From Haplodiscus bocki (Eukaryota): a stretch of 64,000 nucleotides of DNA. The notes under the pieces are model-generated. The model was given only the letters and a program-made list of their open reading frames with translations. It searched no databases and was not told where the DNA came from. Shown here one piece after another: positions 25,681 to 35,423 of this stretch (position 1 is the stretch's first letter; every line of letters starts with the position of its first letter). The DNA is taken from NCBI GenBank assembly GCA_965655095.1, contig OZ296659.1, forward strand, positions 2,356,001 to 2,420,000, written 5' to 3'. A program made the position numbers and the translations under genes.

Positions 25681-28600
25681 ATGTTATCCTGTGAAACTTG
25701 TGGTAAAATGTTCAAAACTCAAGGTTTCTTGAACAACCATCTCAGAATTAAGCACCAACTTAATATAATCAAAACTGCTGCTTCTTTCCATTGTGGGGAA
25801 TGTGGTGCTCAGTTCACTAAAAGCAAAAACCTTGTCAGACATTTGAGAAGTCAACATCAAACCGCGAACCCTCACAGATGTTACTTCTGTCCTCAATTCT
25901 TTGCAATGGAAAACTCTCTGAATGATCACGAGCAAAAGGACCATGGATTGAATGTGGAAAACGTCCCACGGAAAAGAGTCGCCAATCCTGCATCAATTGA
26001 AGCCACTACTGTGGCAATAAATAACAGATTCACAACTCATTGCTTAAAGCTACCAAAGGACGAACTTTCCATCGATCCATTCAATTATTTAGTTTCGCAG
26101 CAATCAAACATAATGGACTTCATTGATGCAGAACTTCAGAAAGTGCCCAATATGAAAGTTGGTTTTTCTATTTCTGTCGACCTTGTGAAACCTCTGAACA
26201 ATGACAAAATCACAGCTTTCTTCAATTCATGTCTGGTTAGAATTGCTCATAGCATCACAGATGAAGAGTATCTTGACCACGTGGACCAACTAATGTCTAA
26301 GCTCAATGTATTCGCTTCTTGTGGTTCTGGATGGGTGATTGAAAGTCTTAAATGTATCGAGGTCAAAACAGCGACATGCCAGACCCTCAACGGGTCCTCT
26401 TACATTGAGACACCTAACATTCTGAAGGGACTTTCGAAGAGTCTTTTGAACGTGAGAAACAAAAAGGACAATTTTTGTTTTGTGTATTGTGTAGCAGCCT
26501 CAATCTTTTCTTTCATCGGTCGAGCAATTTACCCAAAATCGCACAAAGAGAATGTCAAACGACTAAAATTCAACGCAAAGCGAATGCCAATGCCTTTATC
26601 CAGTATAGCACCATTCGAGAAAAGCAACAACGTCTCAATTAATGTGTATCAACTTGACAACCATAAACTGGTAGCGGTCTATTACAGTAAAAATAAAACT
26701 TCTAAACGACGTATCAATTTACTTCGTTTGGTCGACGGTTCCAAAAGTCATTACTGTCTGATCAAAAATTTTTCCAATTTGCTTCAGCGGCTCACTCGAT
26801 CAGAGAAGAAACGAAGGCACGGTCCTAAATCAAAATTCTGTTCAAATTGCTTCCAGCCCATTTTACGAAAAAATTACAGAAGTCACGCAAAGTTCTGTGA
26901 GTCAAATTCACCTCTTGAAATTCGCATGCCTCTTTCCTCGCCGATCATTGAGTTCGTAAATTGGCAGAAAACTCAAAGAGTTCCGTTTGTTGTTTACGCG
27001 GACCTTGAAGCCATCGATGTTCGTTCTGACAATTCAGTAAAAGCTGGCATGAACACAAAGGAAATTGAAAGACAGTACCCTTGCAGCTTCGGTGCCGTTC
27101 TCGTGGACGAAAGAAGTTGGTTTTAATTTTTCGTGTTTAGTTTTGCAGAATTTTGTTACAAGAAAAATATACTTTTTGGTTGACGAGACCATAATTTCAA
27201 ACCAATTATTATTTTCTGTTTAGGTAACGCTGTTATAAAGGAGAAGTTCTACAAAGGAGAGGACTGTATTATTCATCTTATGGATTTGCTTCGTTCTTGG
27301 TCTGCTTGGTGTTATGCTGAGAAACGTAGGTTCAAACAGTTGAAAATATCTACAGAAGACAGAATGATTTTGATGAACAAAGATCAAATTCTTTGTTGTT
27401 TGTGTGGAAGTAGTGTTGAGCGAGTAGAGCGAGTTATTCATCATTGCCACCTAACTGGAGAAGTTTTCGGAGTTGCTCATTCTAAATGCAATCTACGAGC
27501 CAAAACCACGCGGTTTTTACCTATTTTCTTTCACAATCTATCACGATATGATGCACACCATATAATCAAAAATTTGAAACTCAACAATGGTGAGAAGCTT
27601 TCAGCTATAGCAAAGAATGATGAAACCTACATTTCCTTTTCCTTGGATGTACCGATGGAACGATTCAAGAGCAAGTCGGGGCAGCATATCGTACTGTATC
27701 ATTCTTTACGTTTTTTAGACAGCTTCCAATTCATGTCCCAAAGCATTGACTCGTTAGCTAAAACTATTGACAAAGGAGACTTCAAGTTGTTGAAAGCAGG
27801 CTTCCCAGATATTGGAGAGGAATTATTCGAAAAAATAACCAGAAAAGGTGTCTTCCCGTACAATTTTCTCGATTCTTTTGAAAAATTCAATGAGCCTTTC
27901 CCACCTCATGGACCTCTGTGGTACAACAGTTTAACAAAATCAGTTGATATTACAAAAGAACAGCATACCTTTGCCTTGGGAGTTTACAACGATTTCAAGT
28001 GTAGAAACTTGGGCGACTATCATGATGTTTATTTACGAACCGACGTTTTAATTCTTGGTGACATTTTCCAAAAGTTCAGAGAGGTATGTATGCAAGTCTA
28101 CAACTTGGACCCAGCACACTTTTATTCGGCTCCCAATCTGAGCTGGGATGCAATGCTCATTACTACTGGAGTAAAACTAGAACTATTACAAGACATTGAC
28201 CAGCTTTTATTTTTCGAGAAGGGAATTCGGGGTGGAATAAATGGGCTGGGAGCCCTTCGCCACTTTGAAGCAAACAATAAGTACCTTGAAAACTTCAATC
28301 CAGATGAAGAGTCTACTTTTGGTGCTTTTTTTGACGTAACATCTCTATATGCTGGAACAATGCAAAAAGAAATGCCTGTTGGCGGTTATAAATGGTGCAC
28401 AGAAATCACTCTATCGGAAATTCTTTCAACATCTGCAGATTCTGCTTTTGGATATTTCGTTGAGGTGGACCTTGCTTATCCAGCCGAAGTTCATGACGTC
28501 CACAATGATCTGCCTCTCGCACCGGAAAAAATTAAAATTCCAACCGAGTGGAGATCTGATTACGCCAAATCATTCGGGTTGAATGTAGGTTCCTCAACTG

Positions 28601-30255
28601 AAAAACTTGTGGAAACTTTGCTCGACAAAACGCACTATATTTGCCACTACGAAAACCTAAAGTTCTATCTCAAGCATGGCCTAAAAGTTAAAAAACTTCA
28701 TAGAGTAGTAGAATTCCAGCAGTCGAAGTGGCTTGGAGCCTATATCGCGAAGAATACAACAATGCGAAAACAAGCATCTAATGACTTTGAAAAAAATTTT
28801 TACAAACTGATGTCAAACGCTTGCTTCGGCAAGACAATGGAAAACCTTCGGCGACGCGGTAATATGCGATTCGTTACCACAGAAGCACAAGCCGAAACCT
28901 TCGTACAACGAGCTACGTTCAAGAACTTCAAAATCATCAGCGATGCGCTTGTGTCAGTTTCTTTCAGCGCTTCGTCAGTAATTTGGAACAAACCTACGCC
29001 CGTGGGAGCAACTATTTTGGATCTTTCAAAGCTCTGTTTGTATAAGTTTCACTATGAAGAGATGCTGCCTCGTTATGGATCAGATCGGTTGAAGGTTGTA
29101 TATAAAGACACTGATTCTTTGCTTTATAGAATCCAAACTAACGACTTATATGCAGATATGTCAACATTTAAGCATCTTCTTGATCTTTCTGATTATCCCG
29201 AAGATCATATGCTTCACGACAAAACCAACAAGAAGGTTCCACTTACAATGACCGATGAACTGAATGGAAAAATTTTGAAGGAAGTGGTTTGCCTAAGATC
29301 AAAATTATATAGCATTGATTATTTGGGTGGAACAAAGCAAAGTGCCAAAGGTGTGCAAAAATCTGTCAAGAAGACTCTGCACCATAGTCTCTTTAAAAAC
29401 TGTCTTCTCTCGAAATCCACTGTACGAATAGAAATGACACAATTAAAATCAGTGGGGCATCAGATTGTGGTCAACTCTGTAAATAAAATAGCCCTCAGTT
29501 GTTTTGACGACAAGCGGTATATCTTGGATGATACTGTGTCCTCTCTAGCATATGGGCATTACTCTCTCACTGTCTCTCTACAAGAGTCTAGTAAGTCGGA
29601 AAAAGTCGAATGTAAAAGTTAAGCATTTTAAATTACTTTTTTTGATCGAAAATTTTTCTTTTGTAGCCAATAACGAATCTCATACTGAATCTGACACTAC
29701 GAGTGAGGCTGTTGACGAAATTTGCACTGATACTGATGATAATAATGCTGATCATGAAACGGACGAGGAAGATGTGGATGTTGACAGTACTGCTTCTACT
29801 GCAAGCAATTACAAAACAGCGTCAGCGAGTTGCTCCGCAAACGCTCTATTTGTAAACAATGATGGGCCCTTGGCCAAAGCATGGAATGCAACAAGCTCTT
29901 TCTGTGAGTTGGTAACACTCGATTCCATACCCAATTAATGTCATTCGTAGTGAATTGTACCGTCCAATACTCAAGGATTATTAAAACGTTTTCTCCTTTT
30001 TCAGCCAGTCCCGACCCAGGATATTTTCTAAATAGAAAAAACGACCTTGACTCCGATGACGAAGCTCATTGCATTGACTTCGACGACGATTTTACTGATG
30101 ATGAAGCAAGTCTAACATCCAACCGCTCACCAAGTTGCCCCTTCATTGAATATGAAGCGGAAGAGACCGAGTCCGCTTATCAAAATGATAATGATGATAG
30201 TGCCTTTGCCGTTTGTTCGTCATACAAACACAAACGTCCGAGAACTCAGTTGTAA
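25681..30255 (+). CDS. Protein-primed family B DNA polymerase (pPolB), spliced: exons 25681-27115, 27224-29590, 29667-29903, 30005-30255 (~1429 aa)
   Basis: In order: three C2H2 fingers; GSGW motif; OTU/papain-like DNFCF...SHYCLI; ExoI YADLEA; EndoVII-like CxxC...HCHLTG...AHSKCNL; ExoII FHNLSRYD; RKGVFPY; ExoIII YLRTDV; pol A DVTSLY, B KLMSNACFGK, C YKDTDS; acidic tail ending KHKRPR. Three GT-AG junctions restore the frame (4290 nt total). Confidence 0.93.
27116..27223 (+). other. Spliceosomal intron 1 of pPolB (108 nt, phase 1)
   Basis: GTTGGT...ttttctgtttag; T-rich; two in-frame stops (27124, 27181). Removal gives ...VDERS-NAVIKEKFYKGEDCIIHL, joining ExoI to the rest of the exonuclease domain. 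Confidence 0.88.
29591..29666 (+). other. Spliceosomal intron 2 of pPolB (76 nt, phase 1)
   Basis: Canonical GTAAGT donor and ttttcttttgtag acceptor; removal joins ...LQES to TNNESHTESD... in frame with ORF 29552..29938. Confidence 0.82.
29904..30004 (+). other. Spliceosomal intron 3 of pPolB (101 nt, phase 1)
   Basis: GTGAGT donor and ttttctcctttttcag acceptor; removal joins ...ATSSF to SSPDPGYFL... in frame with ORF 29938..30255. Confidence 0.82.
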
Positions 30256-30313
30256 CTATAAAAAAGCTTAGCCTAAAAATACACAGTATTAGCCCTGGAA
30301 AGTACCGAAACTT

Positions 30314-30319
30314 TTTATT
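30314..30319 (-). terminator. Putative polyadenylation signal (AATAAA) for the minus-strand virion gene block
   Basis: AATAAA ~53 nt after the protease stop, in the gap between the convergent pPolB and protease genes. Confidence 0.4.
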
Positions 30320-30371
30320 ATGTTGGTCTCAGCGAAAGCATTTCAAAGATTTGAATTCTAAATTTTTACCG

Positions 30372-31001
30372 CTAAATAATTTTATACAAAAGGTTTGTTT
30401 GACAGTGATCATTGCAAAATAAAACTAAATCTATATCTAGCAAACTTTTCAACGGTTGGAATACAGACAAAATAAATGATTCCAAACAGCTCAAGCTAAC
30501 TGATTGCTGTTCAAGTTTCCGTATCAAATAATGAGCAACGTAGAGGCAAAAGAGACCGCAAGTATTTGAATATGGAGACTGTAGGGGTATTTGTAGTTCT
30601 CGAACTTTTTGAATTTTCGATTGTTTCGAAACTTCTTGCAAATGATTAAAAAATGACGGGTAACTTTTGATAGGTTTGCCCAGAGGATCCCAAACACAAA
30701 ACATTAGATTTTGTTTCTCTCTGTGAACGGGCGGTTGTTGTTCTTCACATAGTAGAAGCAAAAGCAACCAATGCTTTCCCAGACCTCCAGCTCGTGATGT
30801 GTTTACAATGAAATAAGATTGGACAAGTAGCTTAGAAGCATCGCCATTGAATTTCTTTTGTTTTCGGATTGTCTTTTTGCGGCTTTGTGGTGGCGAACAG
30901 TGCAATAAACCAAAGTTGTCTGCTGACCACACCCCGGAAAATTTTGCTCTCGATGTAGCACAACAATTTTGGGCTATTTTAGCTAAAGTGAAGTTATCCA
31001 T
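30372..31001 (-). CDS. Adenain-like cysteine maturation protease (PRO)
   Basis: GVWSADNF, FIVNTS...GKHW (catalytic His), VWDPLG (Asp), LQSPYSNTCGLFC (Gln/Cys). ATG at 31001 overlaps the MCP stop. Confidence 0.92.
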   Translation of the reverse strand: MDNFTLAKIAQNCCATSRAKFSGVWSADNFGLLHCSPPQSRKKTIRKQKKFNGDASKLLVQSYFIVNTSRAGGLGKHWLLLLLLCEEQQPPVHREKQNLMFCVWDPLGKPIKSYPSFFNHLQEVSKQSKIQKVRELQIPLQSPYSNTCGLFCLYVAHYLIRKLEQQSVSLSCLESFILSVFQPLKSLLDIDLVLFCNDHCQTNLLYKII

Positions 31002-32364
31002 TGATGAGACTGTTTTTGGAAATGTTACGAGTAGCGTCAATAAAGACTTGACTAAATCGTTCACCGACAAGAAAAAGCTCTACCGGGTTAGTTAGAGCTT
31101 CCGAAAAATGCAACTTCAAAGTAATACCGGCGCCCGTAAGCTCTGGGAACAAAGTGAGAGATTTACCGGCTTCTCTGGACGAAGTTAGATCGAAGACTAG
31201 AAAGTAATGATTTTCTTCAAAGTCGGTAATTTCAATTCCATTGCCGCCTCTCGTGAAACCGAGAGCACAAATTGTGTTGTAGAACAGACGAGTGTTTTTG
31301 GTAGTGTCAATCGGTGTTCCAGCAATTGGAACGCCATTGCCGCGCTGAATTTCAATTTTGCTCAGCTGAAACTTTTGGTATTGGAAAGGCGTGTTTTCAA
31401 ATGTTGATCCACGAAAAAATTTGTTTCTGACCATACAAACGGTTAGTCTTCGCACAGGTTCGGTGCCAAAAATATTTTCTTTAACAAAACAGTTTTGTCC
31501 GGCCTGAATGATGAAGCTCTTGTTTAGGCTCTCAATATATGGGTACACTGCTGGACTCTTTGTCAAAGCCCTTTCAATGCTGACTTTGACAGAGTCGGAA
31601 AGGACAACCTTGTTAACAAACAGCGAGGCTTTTTCAATCACTACTGAATACGGTGTCTGGTCAACCCTTTTAATATCTGCAGCTGACCATGTGCCCACAC
31701 TTTCAAGTGCACAATTGTTTGGAGATCTGTAAAACCGCAAGTGAAGTGTCACACCAGGTAGCAGAAGGCGCTCACAATCCAAAAAGTCTATGTGTGGTGC
31801 TCCATAGAGCTCAAGATTGAACTGATCACCCCTTCTAAATTCTGCCAATGCTTTTTCTTTCGTTTCTTGACTCGATTTCGCATTTGCTCTGTAGCGATAC
31901 CCCTGACACGGAGCCCACGTAAGTTTGCTGCCAATATCTGTTGTCAGTTCAGTTTCGATGAAAGCCAAGTGGTGGTAGTTGTTGTTGCTACTTGAAATCA
32001 ATTTACCATTTAGAAACATCTCCACATGTGAGAATAAAGAATGTAAGGTGTTGTTGGCAAAAATGAGGTCTACGTCTGCAGGTTTCACTTTTTCACTTCC
32101 ATCAGGTTGGTAAATGCAAATCTCTACAGCTAGGCAAATCCGGTTCAAATCTATACAGTTTTTGTTTTCTGCAGTGACGAAAAAATCCAATTGAGGTCCG
32201 CGGCATCCTACGTGGGGAAACACCTCTTGATCGAAAGAGCCTTCATAATTAATCAGAACACTTGGCCGGTCAAAAAAGTCAAGAGCGCTATGCGTGACTG
32301 GATTGGCAATCTCAGATGATCGACTAAATAAAGTTGTTGCTGTTCCACTGATGCCTGTTGCCAT
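30994..32364 (-). CDS. Major capsid protein (double jelly-roll; PY/hexon-like), 456 aa
   Basis: Polinton MCP motifs NNTLHSLFSHVEMFLNG, NNNYHHLAFIE, RLLLPGVTLHLRF, PFQYQKF, FLVFDLT, LKLHFSEAL; size and position are typical. Confidence 0.9.
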   Translation of the reverse strand: MATGISGTATTLFSRSSEIANPVTHSALDFFDRPSVLINYEGSFDQEVFPHVGCRGPQLDFFVTAENKNCIDLNRICLAVEICIYQPDGSEKVKPADVDLIFANNTLHSLFSHVEMFLNGKLISSSNNNYHHLAFIETELTTDIGSKLTWAPCQGYRYRANAKSSQETKEKALAEFRRGDQFNLELYGAPHIDFLDCERLLLPGVTLHLRFYRSPNNCALESVGTWSAADIKRVDQTPYSVVIEKASLFVNKVVLSDSVKVSIERALTKSPAVYPYIESLNKSFIIQAGQNCFVKENIFGTEPVRRLTVCMVRNKFFRGSTFENTPFQYQKFQLSKIEIQRGNGVPIAGTPIDTTKNTRLFYNTICALGFTRGGNGIEITDFEENHYFLVFDLTSSREAGKSLTLFPELTGAGITLKLHFSEALTNPVELFLVGERFSQVFIDATRNISKNSLING

Positions 32365-32387
32365 CGTTTCCGTGCGCTACTCTTGCT

Positions 32388-32960
32388 TCAACTGAAATTG
32401 ACTTTGGACAAAATATCGGACCGACTTCTCTTGGCGGGACTCTTTTTCAAAATGACTTTCCTACAAACTGAAGGACCGGATTCTGAATTGCGACTTTTGA
32501 GTTTGTTATTGCTTTTATTGGCTGCTATCACTTTTGCACGCCCATGACCGGGCGCACGCCCGCGGCGTCGTTCCGCGCGCCTAGTCGCCGCAGCGCCGCC
32601 CGCCCCGCCACCGCCCGCCCCGCCACCGCCCGCCTCGTTGCCGCGCGCCACGGAATCCCATTCCTGGGTGGCATCCATGATAGTTTTTCTTGCTGATTTT
32701 TTCAATACGTCTCTCACCGCTTTGCGAGGTCGCTTTTTTCCGGATACAATGCTGGTGATTTCAGGAACGAAAGACGAAACTAGGTTTCTACCCAGCTCTT
32801 TGGCCACCGGAAAGATATACTTTTTCATCAAAGGCATCGCCACTCGTCCCATTCGCATAGCAAATGCACCCATGCCACCCGAGCCAAACTGCCGTGCCGG
32901 TCCGTGAAATGTAGACTGCTGATGTTGCTGTCGAATTTGAAAATCATAATGAGTATCCAT
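32388..32960 (-). CDS. Basic core/membrane-active virion protein (adenovirus pX/pVII-like Polinton core protein), ~190 aa
   Basis: QFGSGGMGAF protease-site-like motif, amphipathic helix AMPLMKKYIFPVAKELG, Arg/Lys-rich C-terminus; lies between mCP and MCP. First ATG is at 32960 (the track ORF starts at TTG 33140). Confidence 0.7.
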   Translation of the reverse strand: MDTHYDFQIRQQHQQSTFHGPARQFGSGGMGAFAMRMGRVAMPLMKKYIFPVAKELGRNLVSSFVPEITSIVSGKKRPRKAVRDVLKKSARKTIMDATQEWDSVARGNEAGGGGAGGGGAGGAAATRRAERRRGRAPGHGRAKVIAANKSNNKLKSRNSESGPSVCRKVILKKSPAKRSRSDILSKVNFS

Positions 32961-33028
32961 ATAGCTATGCAGCCTGCACTTTGTCCGACTGCTTCCCTGG
33001 GCCGTCTTTAGAAGAAATGATGATGGTG

Positions 33029-33030
<2 letters not shown>

Positions 33031-33105
<75 letters not shown>
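33031..33105. repeat. (GAT)25 microsatellite inside the Polinton
   Basis: 25 perfect GAT units with degenerate units on both sides (33017-33112). Confidence 0.97.
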
Positions 33106-33106
<1 letters not shown>

Positions 33107-33132
33107 GTGATGGGCTCAAATAATTGATCTCA

Positions 33133-34086
33133 TTAATCAATCCGCTTGCGAAAGTGTAAAGTAAGATTTGTGCGGCCGCGATTTAGAAACGGAATTAGGT
33201 GGCCAGTTTCATTGCGGAGTGAAACCGTGATAGATTCAATGCTAGACTTGACAATGCGCCGCCATTGAAGGTTGCCAAAAGTTCGATAATTCTGCTGGTG
33301 TTGGCTCCCACCAGTCTGTCGTTCATTCAAGGGAATTGCTCGTAGCAATGCACTCTGGGTGTCTCCCACAATTTCGTTTTGTACCAAATCGCAATAAAGA
33401 AAAATTGTGTTGCAACCACCGGTGAGATCCGTGGGAAATTTCCCGACCGTTTTGGATAACGGTTTGTTGCTCTGCTCTTCGATCGGTTGTGTGAATTTTT
33501 GAGAGCAGTCAATTAGTGTTTTCATGCCAAGGACATTTATTAAGTCTTCGGATATGGCTTCCAAAAACATACAGTCTTGTTTGGGACCCTCATAGTAAAC
33601 TTTCAAGGATTCTGATGGCTCATCTAATTTCCACGAAAGAGGAAACCTGCCATCGGCGTGCTCTTCGAAGATTTTTTTGCAAATTGAACGCATAATGTGG
33701 TCGATACTCACGTAGACACCTGGCTTGATGTTTGTAACTTTTTCAATAAACTTTTCTTTAATAGGTAGTGTTGGAGGGACGTACATTGTAATCATTCCAT
33801 AGGGCTTTCTTTTTCGCTTGTTTTTTCGAACTTCATGGCTACTGCCGCTTTCGTTCTTTTCAGTTTCTCTCATTGCTGTCACCACCGGAAGACGGTATTT
33901 AAACTGACCTGATGTTATATTCTGAATTGACGCAGGCCAAGCAATTTCGGACAAGGCTACTTCCCAGGAACCCGTTAGGGTAAGTTGTTGAGGTAGGAGT
34001 GTTGTAAACCGGGAAAGTGTGTTTTCGGGAAACGTGGCCATGGATGCGTTCGAAATCAAGTTTATAGTGAACTCTTCCATTGACAT
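33133..34086 (-). CDS. Minor capsid protein (single jelly-roll penton; PX), 317 aa
   Basis: FTINLISNASMATFPENTLSRF...LTGSWEVALSEI at the N-terminus; FLYCDLV...VGDTQSALLR...IPF...LTLHFRK at the C-terminus. Confidence 0.9.
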   Translation of the reverse strand: MSMEEFTINLISNASMATFPENTLSRFTTLLPQQLTLTGSWEVALSEIAWPASIQNITSGQFKYRLPVVTAMRETEKNESGSSHEVRKNKRKRKPYGMITMYVPPTLPIKEKFIEKVTNIKPGVYVSIDHIMRSICKKIFEEHADGRFPLSWKLDEPSESLKVYYEGPKQDCMFLEAISEDLINVLGMKTLIDCSQKFTQPIEEQSNKPLSKTVGKFPTDLTGGCNTIFLYCDLVQNEIVGDTQSALLRAIPLNERQTGGSQHQQNYRTFGNLQWRRIVKSSIESITVSLRNETGHLIPFLNRGRTNLTLHFRKRID

Positions 34087-34139
34087 TTTTCGTGGATTCT
34101 ACTAACGCAATGCGGTGGTAGTTAAAATGTGAGAATATG

Positions 34140-35135
34140 CTATTGTTCAAAGCGAGTCAACTCGGCTTCGTAAAATTTGCCTTCTATCAGCTGATTGTTG
34201 GCGTCTTTTATAGTGTATGTGGGAGGGTTCAATGTTTGCACTGTGGCTATGGTAAACACTTCCTCGGTAAATTGAATGCGGTAGCCTCGATGAAATGTCT
34301 CAATTTTTCGTTTTATTCTCACTTGCTGGCCAGTTTTGAATTTGGGTTGGCGGATTCGGTTGCAATTTTGAAGTGATATCAAGTAAGGAACATCATTTTT
34401 ATGCACATCTTTCGGTGCTAACTTGGTGATACGATTTACCCGACTATTGATAACATTTACGAATTGTTGCAAGTTTTCAATGTAAGTGTCCGTATTGTTT
34501 TCATGTAGAAATTTGAAAATAAGTGTTTTCAATGATCTAATGTTTCGTTCAGCAAAAACTGATTTGGTTTCACTATGTGTTGAGTAAACATTGATGTTAT
34601 TTTTTTGGCAGAATTTAGAGAACTCGCCAGCAAACTCTCGACCTTTATCGACCCAGATTTTTTCTGGCTTGGGCTGATTAATCGATTTTGTCTGACAAAA
34701 CTTTGGTTTCATCATTGCTTTTTGGCAGTCATTTCGCGAACAAAGTGCTTCTAGGATTTTCTGCAATGCATTTTTACATTCTACAGCTGTCTTTTTCTTC
34801 AAGGGCAACGCCCAAACGAAGCGACTGAGAGTGTCTACCGCTACTAAAATGAAATTGACGCCATGGTTATACCTAGATAACTTCTGCATATCAGCCAAAT
34901 CAACAGACCAAATTTCATTTAGTCGGAAACTCTGCACTTTCAACCTAGGAAAACGGTTTTTGGTTTGCTTGAACTTTGTGTAGGTCTCACTGCAGTTCAA
35001 GTAGTTGTCCACTTGCCTGTAACTGCATTTCGACGCCCTTTTGAGAGCATTTCGTCCAGCAAAGGCTGATGGGTTGTTGCAGGATGTGTAGAAACTGTGT
35101 ATTTTGCTGTGGGCTACAGATTCCTTTGTAAACAA
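34140..35135 (-). CDS. Retroviral-like (RVE) DDE integrase of the Polinton; no upstream in-frame ATG, no C-terminal chromodomain
   Basis: WSVDLADM (D1), VDTLSRF, IWVDKGREF (D2), FAERNIRSLK (E), RGYRIQFTEEVF, GKFYEAEL. The first Met lies after D1. Confidence 0.92.
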   Translation of the reverse strand: MFTKESVAHSKIHSFYTSCNNPSAFAGRNALKRASKCSYRQVDNYLNCSETYTKFKQTKNRFPRLKVQSFRLNEIWSVDLADMQKLSRYNHGVNFILVAVDTLSRFVWALPLKKKTAVECKNALQKILEALCSRNDCQKAMMKPKFCQTKSINQPKPEKIWVDKGREFAGEFSKFCQKNNINVYSTHSETKSVFAERNIRSLKTLIFKFLHENNTDTYIENLQQFVNVINSRVNRITKLAPKDVHKNDVPYLISLQNCNRIRQPKFKTGQQVRIKRKIETFHRGYRIQFTEEVFTIATVQTLNPPTYTIKDANNQLIEGKFYEAELTRFEQ

Positions 35136-35358
35136 GTCTTCTCGTCACTGCGCATTTTGAGCACAAAAATTCAGCTTCTCTTTTGTAGTCCCTAACGTGT
35201 TGGAGACCACTGCATTTGAAGTGGACCCAACCGCAAATGTTGCACCATACGGATGGCTTTTGGCGTGAACCTCTGCCCAAAACTTCAGCACAGTTGCCAC
35301 AGTAATATTTTGCTGTTCGTATAGATTTTGATTTCCTACCGTCCGTTCTCTGTCCCAT
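34987..35358 (-). CDS. PHD finger ORF overlapping the integrase 5' end (probable N-terminal module of the integrase)
   Basis: YYCGNC...VWCNICGWVHFKC...FLCSKC is a C4-H-C3 pattern; ATG at 35358; the integrase frame is +1 relative to it. Confidence 0.8.
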   Translation of the reverse strand: MGQRTDGRKSKSIRTAKYYCGNCAEVLGRGSRQKPSVWCNICGWVHFKCSGLQHVRDYKREAEFLCSKCAVTRRLVYKGICSPQQNTQFLHILQQPISLCWTKCSQKGVEMQLQASGQLLELQ

Positions 35359-35423
35359 AGTTTAGCGAGCAACTGTTTGGAAAGGAATTTGTTTCGGGAA
35401 ATGAATAAAAAAGAGTTGGTAGC

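Noticed and set aside
32961-33140. Poly-Ser N-terminal extension of the core protein
   Set aside because: It depends on a TTG start and on a microsatellite; ATG 32960 gives a typical core-protein N-terminus.
35145-35372. ORF in the integrase frame ending in TGA-CGA, a possible readthrough context
   Set aside because: It has no ATG and no recognisable domain; the overlapping frame encodes a clear PHD finger, so readthrough is a less likely route to integrase.
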